Positions 27,102 through 39,287 of a stretch of DNA of 64,000 bases are shown in pieces. The position numbers and the translations under genes were made by a program. A model generated the notes under the pieces. It had not been told where the DNA came from. It searched no databases and was given only the letters and a program-made list of their open reading frames with translations. The stretch is from Raillietiella orientalis (lineage: Eukaryota). How positions within the stretch are numbered: the stretch's first letter is position 1; every line of letters begins with the position of its first letter. The stretch lies in the NCBI GenBank assembly GCA_036172245.1, contig JAYWIR010000059.1:248001-312000 (forward strand), read 5' to 3'.

Positions 27102-27545
27102 TTAACCCTTTGAGTGCTATGGTAACGCAAAGATGCGTCCGACGAAAGCTATCAGCGTGTGCTATGGAAGAAGCACCTATGCGTCTGCCAAATGTTTTTT
27201 TTCCTTTACACTCGCGACGTAAGTTAACACGATCCATGTTTGACGTGGACGCATGTACTTACGTTCTTGTAATTCCCTACGCAACGAAAGTAAACAAAAT
27301 TCCATTTATAGTGGCTGACCGTTCTCGTTTTTTCCAACTCACCTCTGAAATACCGAGACTAGCATAATATTATAGTTGTCTCGTATATGATGTATTATAT
27401 TGTACCACACCCAAATGAATTATTGATTTTCTTGGGATTGTGATTATAATTTTCAAATAAATGAAAAGGAGAAAAGAAAATGTTTTTTTTAATGTGGTGT
27501 AAATAAACAATTCCAGTAGTAACTTTAATCAGCACTTTATAAAGT
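27102..27545. mobile_element. Possible non-autonomous TTAA (piggyBac-like) DNA transposon remnant
   Basis: An AT-rich island that starts abruptly with TTAA-CCCTTTGAGTGCT. Only a weak matching right end (AGCACT...AAAG, ~27531-27544). Confidence 0.3.
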
Positions 27546-27629
27546 CAGTTGGTACCTCTATGGAGCACGCGGTTCTCGAAGAAGCAGTCCGTCCAAACTG
27601 CGACTGCGTGCCAACACAGAACGTTTCAA

Positions 27630-28477
27630 TCCGATGAGCCACGCACCCAAAGGATTAAACGGCTTTCCGAGTTGTCCACTGGGGAAGGGAGGGACTCTGG
27701 AAAGACGTTTCCAGAGTGCCCGCAGGGCATTAGCATGCGAGTGAGGAAAGGTGTCCTCTTCTCATGTGGCACCGTTTGGAGAGACACTTCCCTTCGTCCA
27801 GCGGTATCAGAGCGCGCTGCACGGGAGTCCCCAGAGCAACAGCGTGGCAGCGTCGACTGCTGCCGCTTGAAGGAAGAGAACGAACTGGCCGTAGCCACTG
27901 GAGTTCCTCAGACGCAAATGCCGAAGGGCTTACCCCAGCGAAGGAGGTCTTTTTGGAAGGGGTCGTCGGTGTTGCTGCGCCAACAAACCGGGTCTCAGTC
28001 GAGCTTCCCGCAGGGAATCTCCCACCACGCTCGGAGGCAGGTGTCACGGATCTTGCAAACGGAGGACACCTCTGAGGCGAAGGATGTGGACGACGGGCAG
28101 ACCAGCAGCGTCCACTTCCTCCGCGGTTCTGCCGGCATTCCGGCGAAATTGCCTTTGCCAGAGGGACAACGTCACACGTGGCTTCGGCTCGCATTCTGGC
28201 TGTCTTCTGCCGCCAGGCGATGCCGTCCGTGGGACGGCCACTTGCTCCGGAGCAGGAAGCTGTGGGCGCCTCTCGACGGGTGCACGCACCATTTTCGAGT
28301 GTGGGTCCCTCGTACTCATCGACGTTCTTCAGGAAGTGCTCGTCGGATGCATCCTCTTGTGGTTTCTCAGAGTCGTCAAGGTTGGCTTCCCGCCTTCCCC
28401 ACGGATGAGGGTCTTGTGAGTGTTACCAGGGAACCGGTGCAAAGCTGCCGGTCTCAGCGTATCCCACTGCTGAAAAT
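27630..28477 (-). pseudogene. Decayed Ser/Thr/Pro-rich coding exon of an unidentified gene
   Basis: Acceptor-like CTCTTCTTCCTGCAG| before 28477 on the minus strand, and a stop-free frame 28422->27733 (EANLDDSEKPQEDASDEHFLKNVDEYEGPTLENG...TPTTPSKKTSF). Confidence 0.3.
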
Positions 28478-28844
28478 CTGCAGGAAGAAGAGTAGATCTG
28501 TTCTCCCTTCGATGCTCAGCATTTCAGGCTGTTCGACAGCTGCGAGTCGAAGCGTCCGCGAAGATTTCCAGCTTCACGCGGATTTGTTCTGTAGTTTCAA
28601 GTCACGAAAGAGGATGCGGCACCCGCGAGGTAAGAAGAGCTCTGAGAACGTGACTCAGGCACGAAAATGATGAAAAGGATGGGGAAACTAAAAAAAAACA
28701 AGAAGAAAAAAAAAAAAGAAAACCATTTGGTCGGTTCGGGCATAGCCCTAGAGTGAGTCCAGTAGCTCTCAGGTATCGGAAGGAAAGGAAGGAATGAAGT
28801 GGAGTTTAAGATCCGTGGAGTTCAAGATCTGTAACCCATGAGTG

Positions 28845-28882
28845 CTCTCTCTCTCTCTCTCTCGCACACACACACACACACA
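28845..28882. repeat. Compound (CT)n(CA)n microsatellite
   Basis: Directly visible. Confidence 0.95.
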
Positions 28883-30059
28883 ATAAGCCGTTTCAATTTA
28901 CTACTTTGCTTATTTCATTTTTTTCAGTTTCATTGTTCACTGTTGTCATGGCAATTATGCGGCTCACGTTTCGCGATTACAGTTAGCAGCGCGCGCTCGT
29001 TTCTCCTTCAGCCGTCATATTTCCCAACTTATTCTTTGTGTTTGGTAAATCAACCATTGAAGAAACTGAAACAGAAGCAGTACCGGTTCGGAGTTTGGAT
29101 TCCGTCTTTTCTTGGAGGCTCACGTTTTCGTTGCCACGTTTCCAAAGTGAGAGGAATGCATAAAAACGTTTATGTTGAGAGATCCTAACATGCTTCAAGT
29201 TTTCCTTCCATCTTTTGTACATCTCACATCGCACTTTTTCTAAAAGATGGAGGATTTCTCTTCCAGGAGTGTTCCCCCTTTTCGTTTCCAGAGAAAAAAT
29301 TTTCAAAACCCGGCAAGGAAGTAAAAACTGCCGTCCTTCAGCTCCGCTGCTACAGCTTTCTGATCATTGCACTTCCTACTTTCGTTCTTCGGGATAGAAC
29401 GGCTCTTCGGAACCGAAGACGGATCTCCTCCGCGAATTGGGTCAATCCCTCACAGCAAACTCGTGGCACCCGAAAGTAGTTTCCGAATCCCACTGGTAAA
29501 AAAGAAGGGTACCTCGGCGTGGATACGATACCAGCTGCCACCTACTAACTCCGTCATGAATCATCTCCGATTACATCAGATGGATGGGGAGGGGAGTTGC
29601 AGGAGTGGCTTCGTTGCTTCTAACGATGACCTGGGGATGAACACATTCAGGAAGTCAAGCATTCCCCAAAGTGGTCTAAGACAAAAGTCGATTTAGCCCC
29701 CGGCCTTGCCAAATTACGTGGCCTAACCAAATTGCCATGCCAAATTACATGGCCAGCTTGTGTTCGATGTCATTGCTGGATGTCTACGGACGCCGAATCT
29801 GAGCTGGTGCATCTCATGTGTGAAGGGTCTCGTCCTTTCTCACCCCTATCTCTCACATTTGTTACTCCTTTTGCTCATCGTAGAGTCCAAATCGCCGATT
29901 TTGAACTCTATGAGTAGCTGTGATTCATGCTCTGGCTAAAAATAAATCCATCTTTTACCTTTGTCCCAACTGTTGCTCCCATTTTTTTCCCCACCCATCC
30001 TACAATAGAGTGCCTCCCAGTTTCAGCGACTAGCCTCCTCTAGCTTCTTCAGCAGGTGG

Positions 30060-30620
30060 TCAGACGGGAGGAAGAGGAAGAAGACATCACTGCAGATCGA
30101 TCCAGATGGTCAGCCACCTCCTATAAGTGCGAACTGCGTGCAGCCGACGTCCAGGGTGACAATGAATAACTAGCAGGAGAGGCAGAAAGGTAGTGGCACC
30201 GAAAAACGTTTTGTCAAAGTCAGCTTGGGTCCTGTACGCCGCCGCCGCCGGCGGCGCCCGAAATTCTTTTCCTCGGCGATTAACTTTCCCGCTTTCGCTT
30301 GACTGCCGGGCGACTCCTGTCAACACACTCACCTCGTGCCTCTCATTCACCTTCGTTACATGAAGATTCATAGAATCCCAATCGTAAAGATGCCACTGAA
30401 ATCGTGTCGCTCACTTACTAACGGTGGCGAAGAAAGTGGTCATCGTAATATCAGCCAAAAAAAAGAAGCAGTCGGTCATGAATACACGGCGGGAAAATGA
30501 TAATTACGATAAATTAGAGAAAAAGTGGCAGTGGCTACAACGGTGGAGGCGATTACAGGAGCATCGTTTATGCAACAGGATCTTTGCAGATTCTAACAAT
30601 AGAATGCATTACTAGTAAAT
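30060..30620 (-). pseudogene. Decayed GPCR-like fragment
   Basis: Minus strand VVATATFSLIYRNYHFPAVY / CFFFLADITMTTFFATV (TM1-IL1-TM2-like) and FFGATTFLPLLLVI (TM5-like), frameshifted. Confidence 0.25.
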
Positions 30621-32689
30621 CCTACTGCTGTCTCCAGTGGTTACCCGTTTCGAAGTGAGCATGGCAAGTACGCATAGCAAAATGACGAAACGGACTGTTC
30701 GTCGAGATGGAAAGAAAAAAAGAAGAGTAGAGCGGCACGCGCAAGAGCAAATTCATGACAGAAGTCGAAGGGAGAAATCCACAGCGGTTCGACAAGCAAA
30801 ACCCGATGCGGAGGACCTGCCGATGCAGCCCAAACTCGCACGCTGAGGATGTAGCCTTGTTCGCGGTCTCCCCAGCTCGCGAGGTTCAGCTCCGTTCGGG
30901 TCCAGGGGTTCCGCACCTGGTACGGTCCAATACGTGGGGAAGGGGGGAGGAGTCGTAACGGCACGGTCGCTTCGCGCACGCCACCAGCCCTTCCCCCCTC
31001 TTCCAGCAAACAGGGCTCGAGAGCGTCGAGGATTTGCCGGCTCCATCGAGAGAGAACGAGTTTTTCGCGGATGCCCCGTTTCGAATGAGGTCACCGCCTG
31101 TTTATCTTCAGCAGGAGTAACCCTCAAACACGAAGAACGGAAAACATCGGAAGGAGGATTTGCTCGGAAGGCGGAAATTCCGGGAAATTGGAGGACGGCT
31201 CGAAGCAGAGGGAGTCATCTCAGAGATGCCCTATTTTATGGTTCCCGAAATGAGTGAACGGCGGCGGTACAGTTCCCTTCGAGCCCCTCAACGCAGAGAG
31301 TGTAAACGGGCGAGATAAGGTGGAATTTCGGAAGGGGCGGGCAGGATGGATGATGGACCGTGCGAGCGGACCTTGGAGCTTGCAGCTTGCTTGCGCATGT
31401 GGTGCGAGAACGCGTGCTAGGCACGCACGTCGCGCCTCACGCCCTTCGTTTCCTTCCGTTTGTTTTGTTCGCGGTTGCGCCTGCACGATGCGGCTCCGTC
31501 AAGTGCTGCCGGCTGCCGGCCGCCGCTGCACTCTGGGAAGTAGAGGAAGATGCCCCTACCCCTTCGCGAAGCTTCGACTGCCGTGCCTTCTGAGCCGTGT
31601 TTGCCCGTGCTCACCCCGCCCTCCCGTTTTGGCTTTCGATTCGCCGCCGAGCACTCCAAGGTCGCCACCGCCACCACCTCCCGCCGAAAGCGGCCCATTT
31701 CCTCCGCATTTCTCTTAGGCACGGTATCAGGTCGGATCCCACACTCAAGGGGGGAGGGCGGGATCGTGAATCGTGGAGTGCGCGGCTGCTTCATCGCGCG
31801 CTGAAATCTGAGCGGTGGTGCTGGCTTGAAGTTCAAGGGGTCCCCCTTGAGCCCGTCCGGGCTAATCCTCTCTGACTGAGGACGGAAGCATTTCGTTTCG
31901 CGTGGCTCAAAGGGTCGTTGCCACGCGATCGAATTATTTTCTTCCTTTCTTTTCCTTGTTTTCGCACTTCACGGAGACTCCTGTCTACTACCCCCTTCCT
32001 CCCTCCCCCCCCCAAAAATGATAAGGGAAGCAAATCTCGTGGGACCGGCTGGCAAAGGCGTTCTTCCTCACCTTCGTTTCCGGGACGCGCGCTGGAGTTA
32101 GGTGATGTTTGTCCACGTCCAGACTCCCTGCTTGTGCTTTCCTCCCTGGATGGACTCGATGCTGGAGACGAGATGTGTCCTTGTACTAAGCAGTGCTGCT
32201 GCTGAAGAGCGGGAAGTGATCGGCGCGTAGGAGAACGTATCCACGAATCATTACAATTGCAGCTTCAATGCTTCTTTCCACAGTCGTCATTTCCATCAGT
32301 AATTTGTTTCGGGAATTTTCCTGCCTCGCCTTCGACTTCAGTCTGCTTGGATGCAGAATCTCCCGCTAATCCAGGTTGCGTCATGAGCAAGCATCGTGCG
32401 CGCATCCGCTCCTCAAATGACAGGCTTCCTCCCCCCCGTTCTGGAAACTTCTGCATCTGCAGCAGGGTGCAACATCGCTGCCACCGAACTCTGTTGGCCT
32501 TTTTTTTTGGCTTCCGAAGCTCAGCCGGAGGCTCGGGCTCTCTTGCGTTCGCTATTGCATCCGGGTCGTTTCCTCCCCAGCAGGAAGCGAATCGCACGGC
32601 ATGGAGAATCACGTGCCTCCTGTGCAGATTCTGCTTCGGGACTTCTGTCGCCAGCCCATCTCTGTTTTGACAGTCCTGCGGCCTCAGGA

Positions 32690-33398
32690 CTCCGCGCTTG
32701 GCTTGCTGGTACTCCGTTCAGAAGTAAACGTGGCTCACGGCTTAAAGCTCTTCCAGAGTCTCCTCCCTGTTTCTCACTTCCATGGCGGTCACTGGACATG
32801 GAGAGGGAGGGGTCTGACCTATGCCAGGCACGGGGAGCGCGAATCCCTCCCGCACCTGCTTGTGGATTGTGTTGCTTTCCGGGCTCTCTGGGAAGCGTAC
32901 TTCTTTGTAACCTTAGGAACCCCCGGCGGCAGCACCAGGGTCGCTTTACAACTCCGCCTGCGCAACTCACCCTCCGGCCTCAACCTCGCTAGCGGCTCCC
33001 TGCTGTCCGCGCGGGATTGTAGCTGCCTGGAGCGCCGCAAGAGGAGGACTGAGCGAGAGGGATGCCATGCACTTGGCAACAAGATAACCCTACCTGAAAA
33101 ACAACATCCGGCAAGAGCTCGCCGGCATCTTCCAAAGTATAGTAGAGGACCGCTCCCAGCAGAATGAGATCTCTTCCCGCAGCCCCTCTCCCCTTTCCCC
33201 TAAATTTATTTATTTTTATTTTTGTTTCTTTTTCTTTGCCCCCTCTCCTTTGCTGCTGTGGAGGACCACAATGGTTTGTGTACCGGTAACTCAGCAGACT
33301 CCCGTTAAATCGCCCGTGGTTAGATCGGTGGTCCAGCCACAGAGATTATGATTGTTTCTTTTTATATGAAATGAACGCCCCGGAGCACCGGGTGAGAA
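32690..33398 (+). mobile_element. Tx1/L1-clade LINE 3' fragment, plus strand
   Basis: ARHGERESLPHLLVDCVAFRALW (ORF 32601-33167 +), T-rich 3' UTR, and a terminal hairpin CCCGG-AGCA-CCGGG at 33379-33392. Confidence 0.85.
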
Positions 33399-33401
33399 TC
33401 A

Positions 33402-34420
33402 GTGGAGGTTAGAGGACCGCCGAGCCGAGTCCGGAGTCCCCGTGGCGACTGTTGTATTCCATTTGCAGAAGCTGCTTTCTCCAGGAAATGGTCGTGCATC
33501 CCTGCAAGTGTGCGTGGGTGGAAAGAACCTCTCTCGCCGCGGCAGCGGGTTGCCCTCTTCCCGAGAGAGCACGTCGGCAGCAACCTGCTGGCGAAATGGG
33601 AGACTTTCTGTAAAATCACCTTCCGGTGCGGGACGTCAGGTGGCTGGACCTCGGGCTAGATGACAGACGCTGCGGCCCCGAGTGCTCCCACCTAAAGGGC
33701 TTTTTGCGCTGGGGTGATCTGCTGAGAATTCCTCGTGAAGATCTCGAGTGGTTCCAGAGCTCTTGAACAACAGTACCCTCCCTCTCGAGTGGCGCTTCTG
33801 CTGTTGCACTGGGCCCACTGGCATCACTGAACACGGGATGAGGGGGGTGGACCCAAACTGCAGCGGATGCGGGGCGCGTGGATCCCCTCGCGCTGCCCTG
33901 CGACTGTTGCAGCGACGACCCTCCAGATCACATGAGGCCACCCTCGGGATGCACGGAAATCTCTTCGTGGGCGACGTGCCTTGTCGCTTGTTACATCCTT
34001 AGTAGCTCTTTGCTGACCCACGTGGGACTGTGGCGACCTGGAGTGGTGCCGGAGGAGGAGGATGCGGTAGGAATGCCAATGCTTCTCCCTACTCATATTG
34101 CAGAGGACAACGGAATGGTTCTACCTGAAGAAAATCAAAAAAAAACTTGCCGGCATCCTCTAGAGGATGCATAGGGCGGTCCCCGGAAGATCGTAATCCC
34201 TTTCCGTGCCCCCCCTCCCCCCAAAGTTATTTTATCTACATTTTTAGTTTTTTATTTTCGCACCCTCCCATCCCTCTGCTGTTGAGGCCAACCTCCCTGG
34301 TCTGAGCACTGGATTGATAGGCAAAGTCTCAGTGGTCTGAACGTGGTAGGCCCATTGTCCCTACCGCCTATTGTTTCTTTATTTGTTTTGTTTTTCAATA
34401 AATAAACTGTCGGGCGAAAA
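33402..34420 (+). mobile_element. Tx1/L1-clade LINE 3' fragment, plus strand, directly behind the previous copy
   Basis: REHVGSNLLAKWETFCKI is homologous to MEHLGSNYPTKWEFSCKI (24620-24680 -). Also VALLLLHW...GVDPNCSGCG, and a 3' UTR ending AATAAATAAACTGTCGGGCGAAAA. Confidence 0.8.
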
Positions 34421-35039
34421 TCCACAACTGTCGCAAGAAGTGGCTCATTTTCGCGTTTGCCCATCGGCGATTACACCAGAATGCTTCCTTTTCTTCCCCT
34501 TCTCCAAGTGTGCTTCTTTGTCTTCCGAGGATATGTCCCTTGCACTTGGGATTGCGGGATCAGCCGAGGTCAAGTGGAAGTAATCCCATTCCGTTTGCAC
34601 CATGGTGGCTTGGTGGCGGCTGGTTTCTTGAAAAGCTACCGAGAGCCAGAAGAAGAACAGCGCGAAGTCATCTTTCAGATTTGAAATCTAGGCGCAAGAA
34701 GCATTCTTCATTTTTTATCCATGCTGCTTCAGCATCCGGGAGACGTTCGAGCATCTCCTGATAGCACACAAATATCAGATCTTGAATCCTTAATAAGCTG
34801 AGAACGAAGACTTCTTCTGCAGTCTGAGGTCTCCGGCAGGAACGTGTAGTTCAATTCAGCAAAAATGCTACAGCTGCTGAAACATTTATTCACATCTGGC
34901 TGTTTACAGTCGAGTTAGAATAGGGAGGGTAGGTCCATGAACCCGCAAAGGGGGAGAAGCTTCCTTCATATTCGGGAGTTTCTGAATACCTTTCTCCAGC
35001 TCGCCCATGCGAGGAAGGTGTGGCCGTTGTGAGGGTGCT

Positions 35040-36500
35040 TTCAGCGCTGGGGCTGACTCATGCGATGACGCTCCCAACGCACATCCTCGGAACGCTCGTT
35101 GCTTGGTCGCAACATCCCTCTTCTTCTGATGCGCTCCTCTGGTTTCCTCGCAAACCTTCCGGTTCCCCTCGCTCTCTCAGAAATACTCCTCGCTCGTGCA
35201 GTTACCCCATTGGAGGAGCCAAGGAGGGCGGATCCTCAACTCTGGCTCGCTGCACCCTCCCCTCCCCTTCCCGTCTTGCCCCTTGTGCTGCAAAGCGTAG
35301 ATACCTGTGAGGACAAGTCACATCGAGTACGATCACCTCCCTTCCTCCCTGAGGCGCCGTTTCCGGCTCCAGCTTCGGACCTGTCCTCAAAACAGGCCGA
35401 CTGGAGTCCATCGATTTGGAGGTCGCCCGCTCTCTCTGTTTAAAGGAAGTCCTCCTGTCCGATCTCAGCTGCAGCTCAAGCCACATTTAAAATCATGCTT
35501 CTCTGAAGCTTCATCCGAGCTGGTCATCAGCGGAGGCGCTTCCCAGATCATTCTTTCCTGCTTCACCTTTTCAACTTTCGGGTTTCCTCGACAGCATTCT
35601 CTTCCTAGAGATGTCTCATCCAGAAGCGTAGCAGCCTCCTTCAAACGTCCCGTCCGACAGGGCTCGAAGCTGGAGACGGGTTCCCCACGGGAAATTTTTT
35701 TTTTTTCTTTGCCGTGGTTCCAGCTCCAGCCACGTGGTGCCAACTGCTTCGCTCGTCGCGTCACAATGACGCACGACGCGAGCTCTTCGCGCCAGGCATT
35801 CTCCTCCGTCTTTTGCAAACAGATTCAAGTTTCATGATGTGGACAGCAGGGCGTAGGGGTTTCCCGGTCAGCTGCGCTCTTAACGTCGCGATTTCCTTGC
35901 TTTGTTCTCGAATTCGTGTCATCATCTGAGAGAGGCTACCCGTGTCACGCTCCTATCAATGTACGGGATTGCCTCGGCCTTCCTTCTGAGCTGAACACGT
36001 GCTGCCCTTGCCTCATCTTCACTTCAATTTGGCCTCAGATTGTCCCATAGAATCCCATTTGTCACTCGCGTTTCCATCATCTCGTCATCTTCGACAGTTT
36101 TTCAAATTACTTTTTTCTTTCTCGCAAGCAGGGAGTGGTGCCCTTCGGATGGAGGATTTAGGAGGTGCTGCATCCCAAAGGAGGGAGTCTGCGCTTCCAG
36201 AAGCTGCCGATCAGATCTCATCTTTGGGAGCAGCAGCGCCAGGATTACCTCCTCTTCCTTCTTGCGAAAGGAGAAGCAACGGATGAGGAGGAGGAAGGGA
36301 GATGCTTCCATGCTTCCGGGAAGATTCGAGACTCCTGGCAGTAAGTCAGTCGATTTCCGAGGAGGACGCTCTGCTGCGAACGGGAGGGTGAGCAGCCGTT
36401 GGTTGCAGCCGGCTGCCAGGTGTGCCGGATGAGGCCACGTGCGAGGGCGCACAAGGAAGAGTGCCAGGGCACCCGCGGGAGGGGAGGTTCTTAAATCGTT
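35040..36500 (-). mobile_element. Non-LTR retrotransposon of restriction-like-endonuclease type (R2/NeSL-like), decayed
   Basis: Minus strand REVIVLDVTCP (~35310-35345, RLE motif). Upstream HDFKCG/LQLR/GGLPLNRE and EENAWREELAS, downstream RMCVGSVI. Possible thumb motif ILALLLPK (~36220-36245). The 5' extent is uncertain. Confidence 0.5.
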
Positions 36501-39287
36501 TGAGACTCTGGAGACCAAACCAAGCAACCTGAGAGCTTGAAGGTTACGAACCTGGACTGTGAACCGAGGCAGGTGGTATGCCGGTATGCTCAGTGCTGTT
36601 CTTAGATCCTCAAAGAAGGGGATCCTCCTTGTTAGCTCAGGAACACCAGGGAGAGCGAGGAAGCGCGAAATTTGCCTGATGGCTGCAAACCTTTACGACG
36701 CCTTTCTTCTGTATCCCTTTTTTTCTTTTTCGATCATGGGCTACAGTCGGTCAGCATTGGTGATCAAAAAGGAATGTACGGCGAAGGAAGCTTTCTTTTG
36801 TGATGCAGAGCGTAATCAAAATAAAAAAAGATGGACTTTCTATCCAATCTTTCCAATGCGTCGAAGTTCCTATGCTGTTACCTAACGGATTCTGAAGATG
36901 GATCTTCATCTTGCGCGAGGTCTGAGGCTCTTAATCTGGAGGATGATCCAACCACTAAGTGCCCCTGCCATGCCGTGTGCTGGAAGAGACCATCTTCGAT
37001 CTTCTGCTATACTCCAGAAACAGCGAAGGCAGCATCTCATCATTTCAGGGACTCCGAGGGAGCTACTGTTCTTGTCCTGACATGGGCTTGAACTTGGGAC
37101 TCCAGAGAGAAGGGACTTGACGATGCTTTTACTGGAGCTCTGGAGAACGTCCTCGGGGCATTTTTTTTTTCAAAGGAGCCGTTTACCTGCGTCCGCTAGG
37201 GGCGACGTGATTGTCTTCGCGACGCAAGCGGAACGTCGACGGAAGAGAATTTTCCTCTGACGTGCTGCACGGTCACTGTCGTCTCCCCGGACCTGGAAGC
37301 GCGTTTCTTCCACGTCAGCGGTGCACCTGCTCTGCTCCGGCCCTCTGCCTTCTCCCCCGTGGTCGCGCACGCGCGCTCGGCCTCGCGACTTCACTCAGAG
37401 GACGGGCGCGAGCGTAGCGCATCCTCCTGGGACCGGAGGCCGCGCGGACGACCACGCACGTACAGCTCTCGGGCGGCGAAGCATCCCTCCCCTAGGAGTG
37501 GGGCACTGCTGGCCGGTCGCGCACGCCGCTAGGAGGCGAGACGAAGAGGGTTCGTCGACGAGGCTGGAGGTCACCTGGCCTGGGGCACAGGTGATCCGCG
37601 GTTCTGCCCGGCTCCTGCTCCTTCTCCTAGTCGGTGCCCACCGTCTCCTCCTTGTCCCGAGGCCCTCTTCCTCCTCATCCCCTCCCCCTTTCCTTCTTCC
37701 AAGAAACGCATGGGAAATGCGCACGATCTCGCGACTTCATTCCTGAGGTTCTCCGCGGCCTTACCTCTCCCCTCTCATCCTCTTTCCTATCTCCTTTTTC
37801 TCTGTAGACTCCGCATGGGTAGATCCGGGACTTCCGGTGACGGCTGAGGAGGAGGAAGTTGGCACACCTCCGAGGACGGCACTTCGCTTCCGATGCGAGG
37901 GCCAGTCTAGAAGCACACGGTCTTCCATTACTGAGGAGTTCGACTGCTTCAAGGGCTGTGTCCTTCCTCGGGATGACTCGGAAACTCCGATAGCCCGCTT
38001 TCATGGAAACTGTCTCCCTCCTGAACGAGAGCCAGCGAAAGAACAACGGCGTAGTCTCGCGCAAAATTAAAAAAAAAAAATCCATGGGCCCGATCGGCCA
38101 CGGTCCGACGGATGGATCTTCCCAGACTTAGAAGGAGGAGGGTCTGGTTTCCAGCCGTCTTCTTGAGAGAATGTGAATAAAAGGCTCACGGTTCCGCGGG
38201 TTTTCGGGCCACGAGAAAGACCGCATGGATTCCCCGAGATCGTCTGGCGATCGATAAACCGGAGAGCGCCCCCTCCCTTCTCTCAGCCCTGTCCCCCTCC
38301 CCTGCTGCTGGTGCTGCTCCTCCTCCCCCTGTCCGCTCATCCCGGATGGCTTCTTTGCGGGCTTACCGACCCCCGAGTTCCCGGAAGGTCCGTAGCCAAC
38401 CCAAGGGACGAGAAGTTCGGCTGGGAGAAAGAGACTCCCTCGCCCACCTCATCTCCCTCCCTTGCCACGAAGCGGGGGGAGTTCCATTGCGGCGGATCCG
38501 GGCATCCGTTCTCTGCATTGAGGTGGCGGCACTGCATCGCCACGCGGTGCTCCCTCCCTCCCTCTCCGCCCCGGTGTATCCCCTCTCCAGGAAGGAGACG
38601 TCGTTCCGCGACCACTTTTCGGGGAGCGCGCAGACTTGCATCCCGGATTAATGTGATTACTTAATGGGGAGCTCTCCCGCTCTCTCCCCGCGTGCGGACA
38701 GGATCGCTCCCGATCGCAGTAGCTGCTCGCGCATAGCATATACAGGTGCTACTGCCGGGACCGGAGTCCCAAGAGGGAAGGCTGGAAAGTAAATAAAAAG
38801 TATGCGGATGCCATTCGAAAGTGGAGTTTCCTCGGGAAGTGTTTGGGTGACGCCAACACGTGCGGAGAGCGACCGGGAACACCGCGCCGACTGTCCAACA
38901 GGATGCTTGGCGGCCTCTCTCCCTGAGTAAGATGCTCTCTCTCTGTTGTTGCCTTGCTTGAGTGTCGCTCGTGCCCGGGCACTTCCCGTGCGTTACGCGG
39001 ATGGAAGGGGGGGAGGAGGGTAAGATTCGCAGGAGAGGGAAGGGGTGGTGGTGGGGAATCAGGGGTGAGAGGCGAAGGACAGTGACGGAAAGGTGGGGAG
39101 CGGGGCGCGGATGAAGTGTGCCGGCCGCTGCTCGGGAAACCCTTCCCTCGACCTTTTCCGGAGCGCTTCCGCCTTTGCCTGCGTTCCGCCGAACGCCCCT
39201 GCAGGACATCAGCCCGGCAGCGTTTCCTTCCTCAGTCCAGGAAATGCTTTGGCGTTCTTCAGTTTGTTTCGCTATCTTCCTTCTAGA

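Noticed and set aside
27549..28670. 373-aa plus-strand ORF as a real gene
   Set aside because: Non-ATG start, Arg/Ser-rich with no domain. It reads as the antisense shadow of a minus-strand coding remnant in GC-rich DNA.
34450..34520. POU/homeodomain-like EKEAFWCNRR on the minus strand
   Set aside because: Only a few matching residues, and no other homeodomain helices.
37808..38070. Plus-strand exon after a polypyrimidine tract (PRY/SPRY-like)
   Set aside because: The pyrimidine tract is equally explained as the complement of a purine-rich minus frame, and the motif match is negligible.
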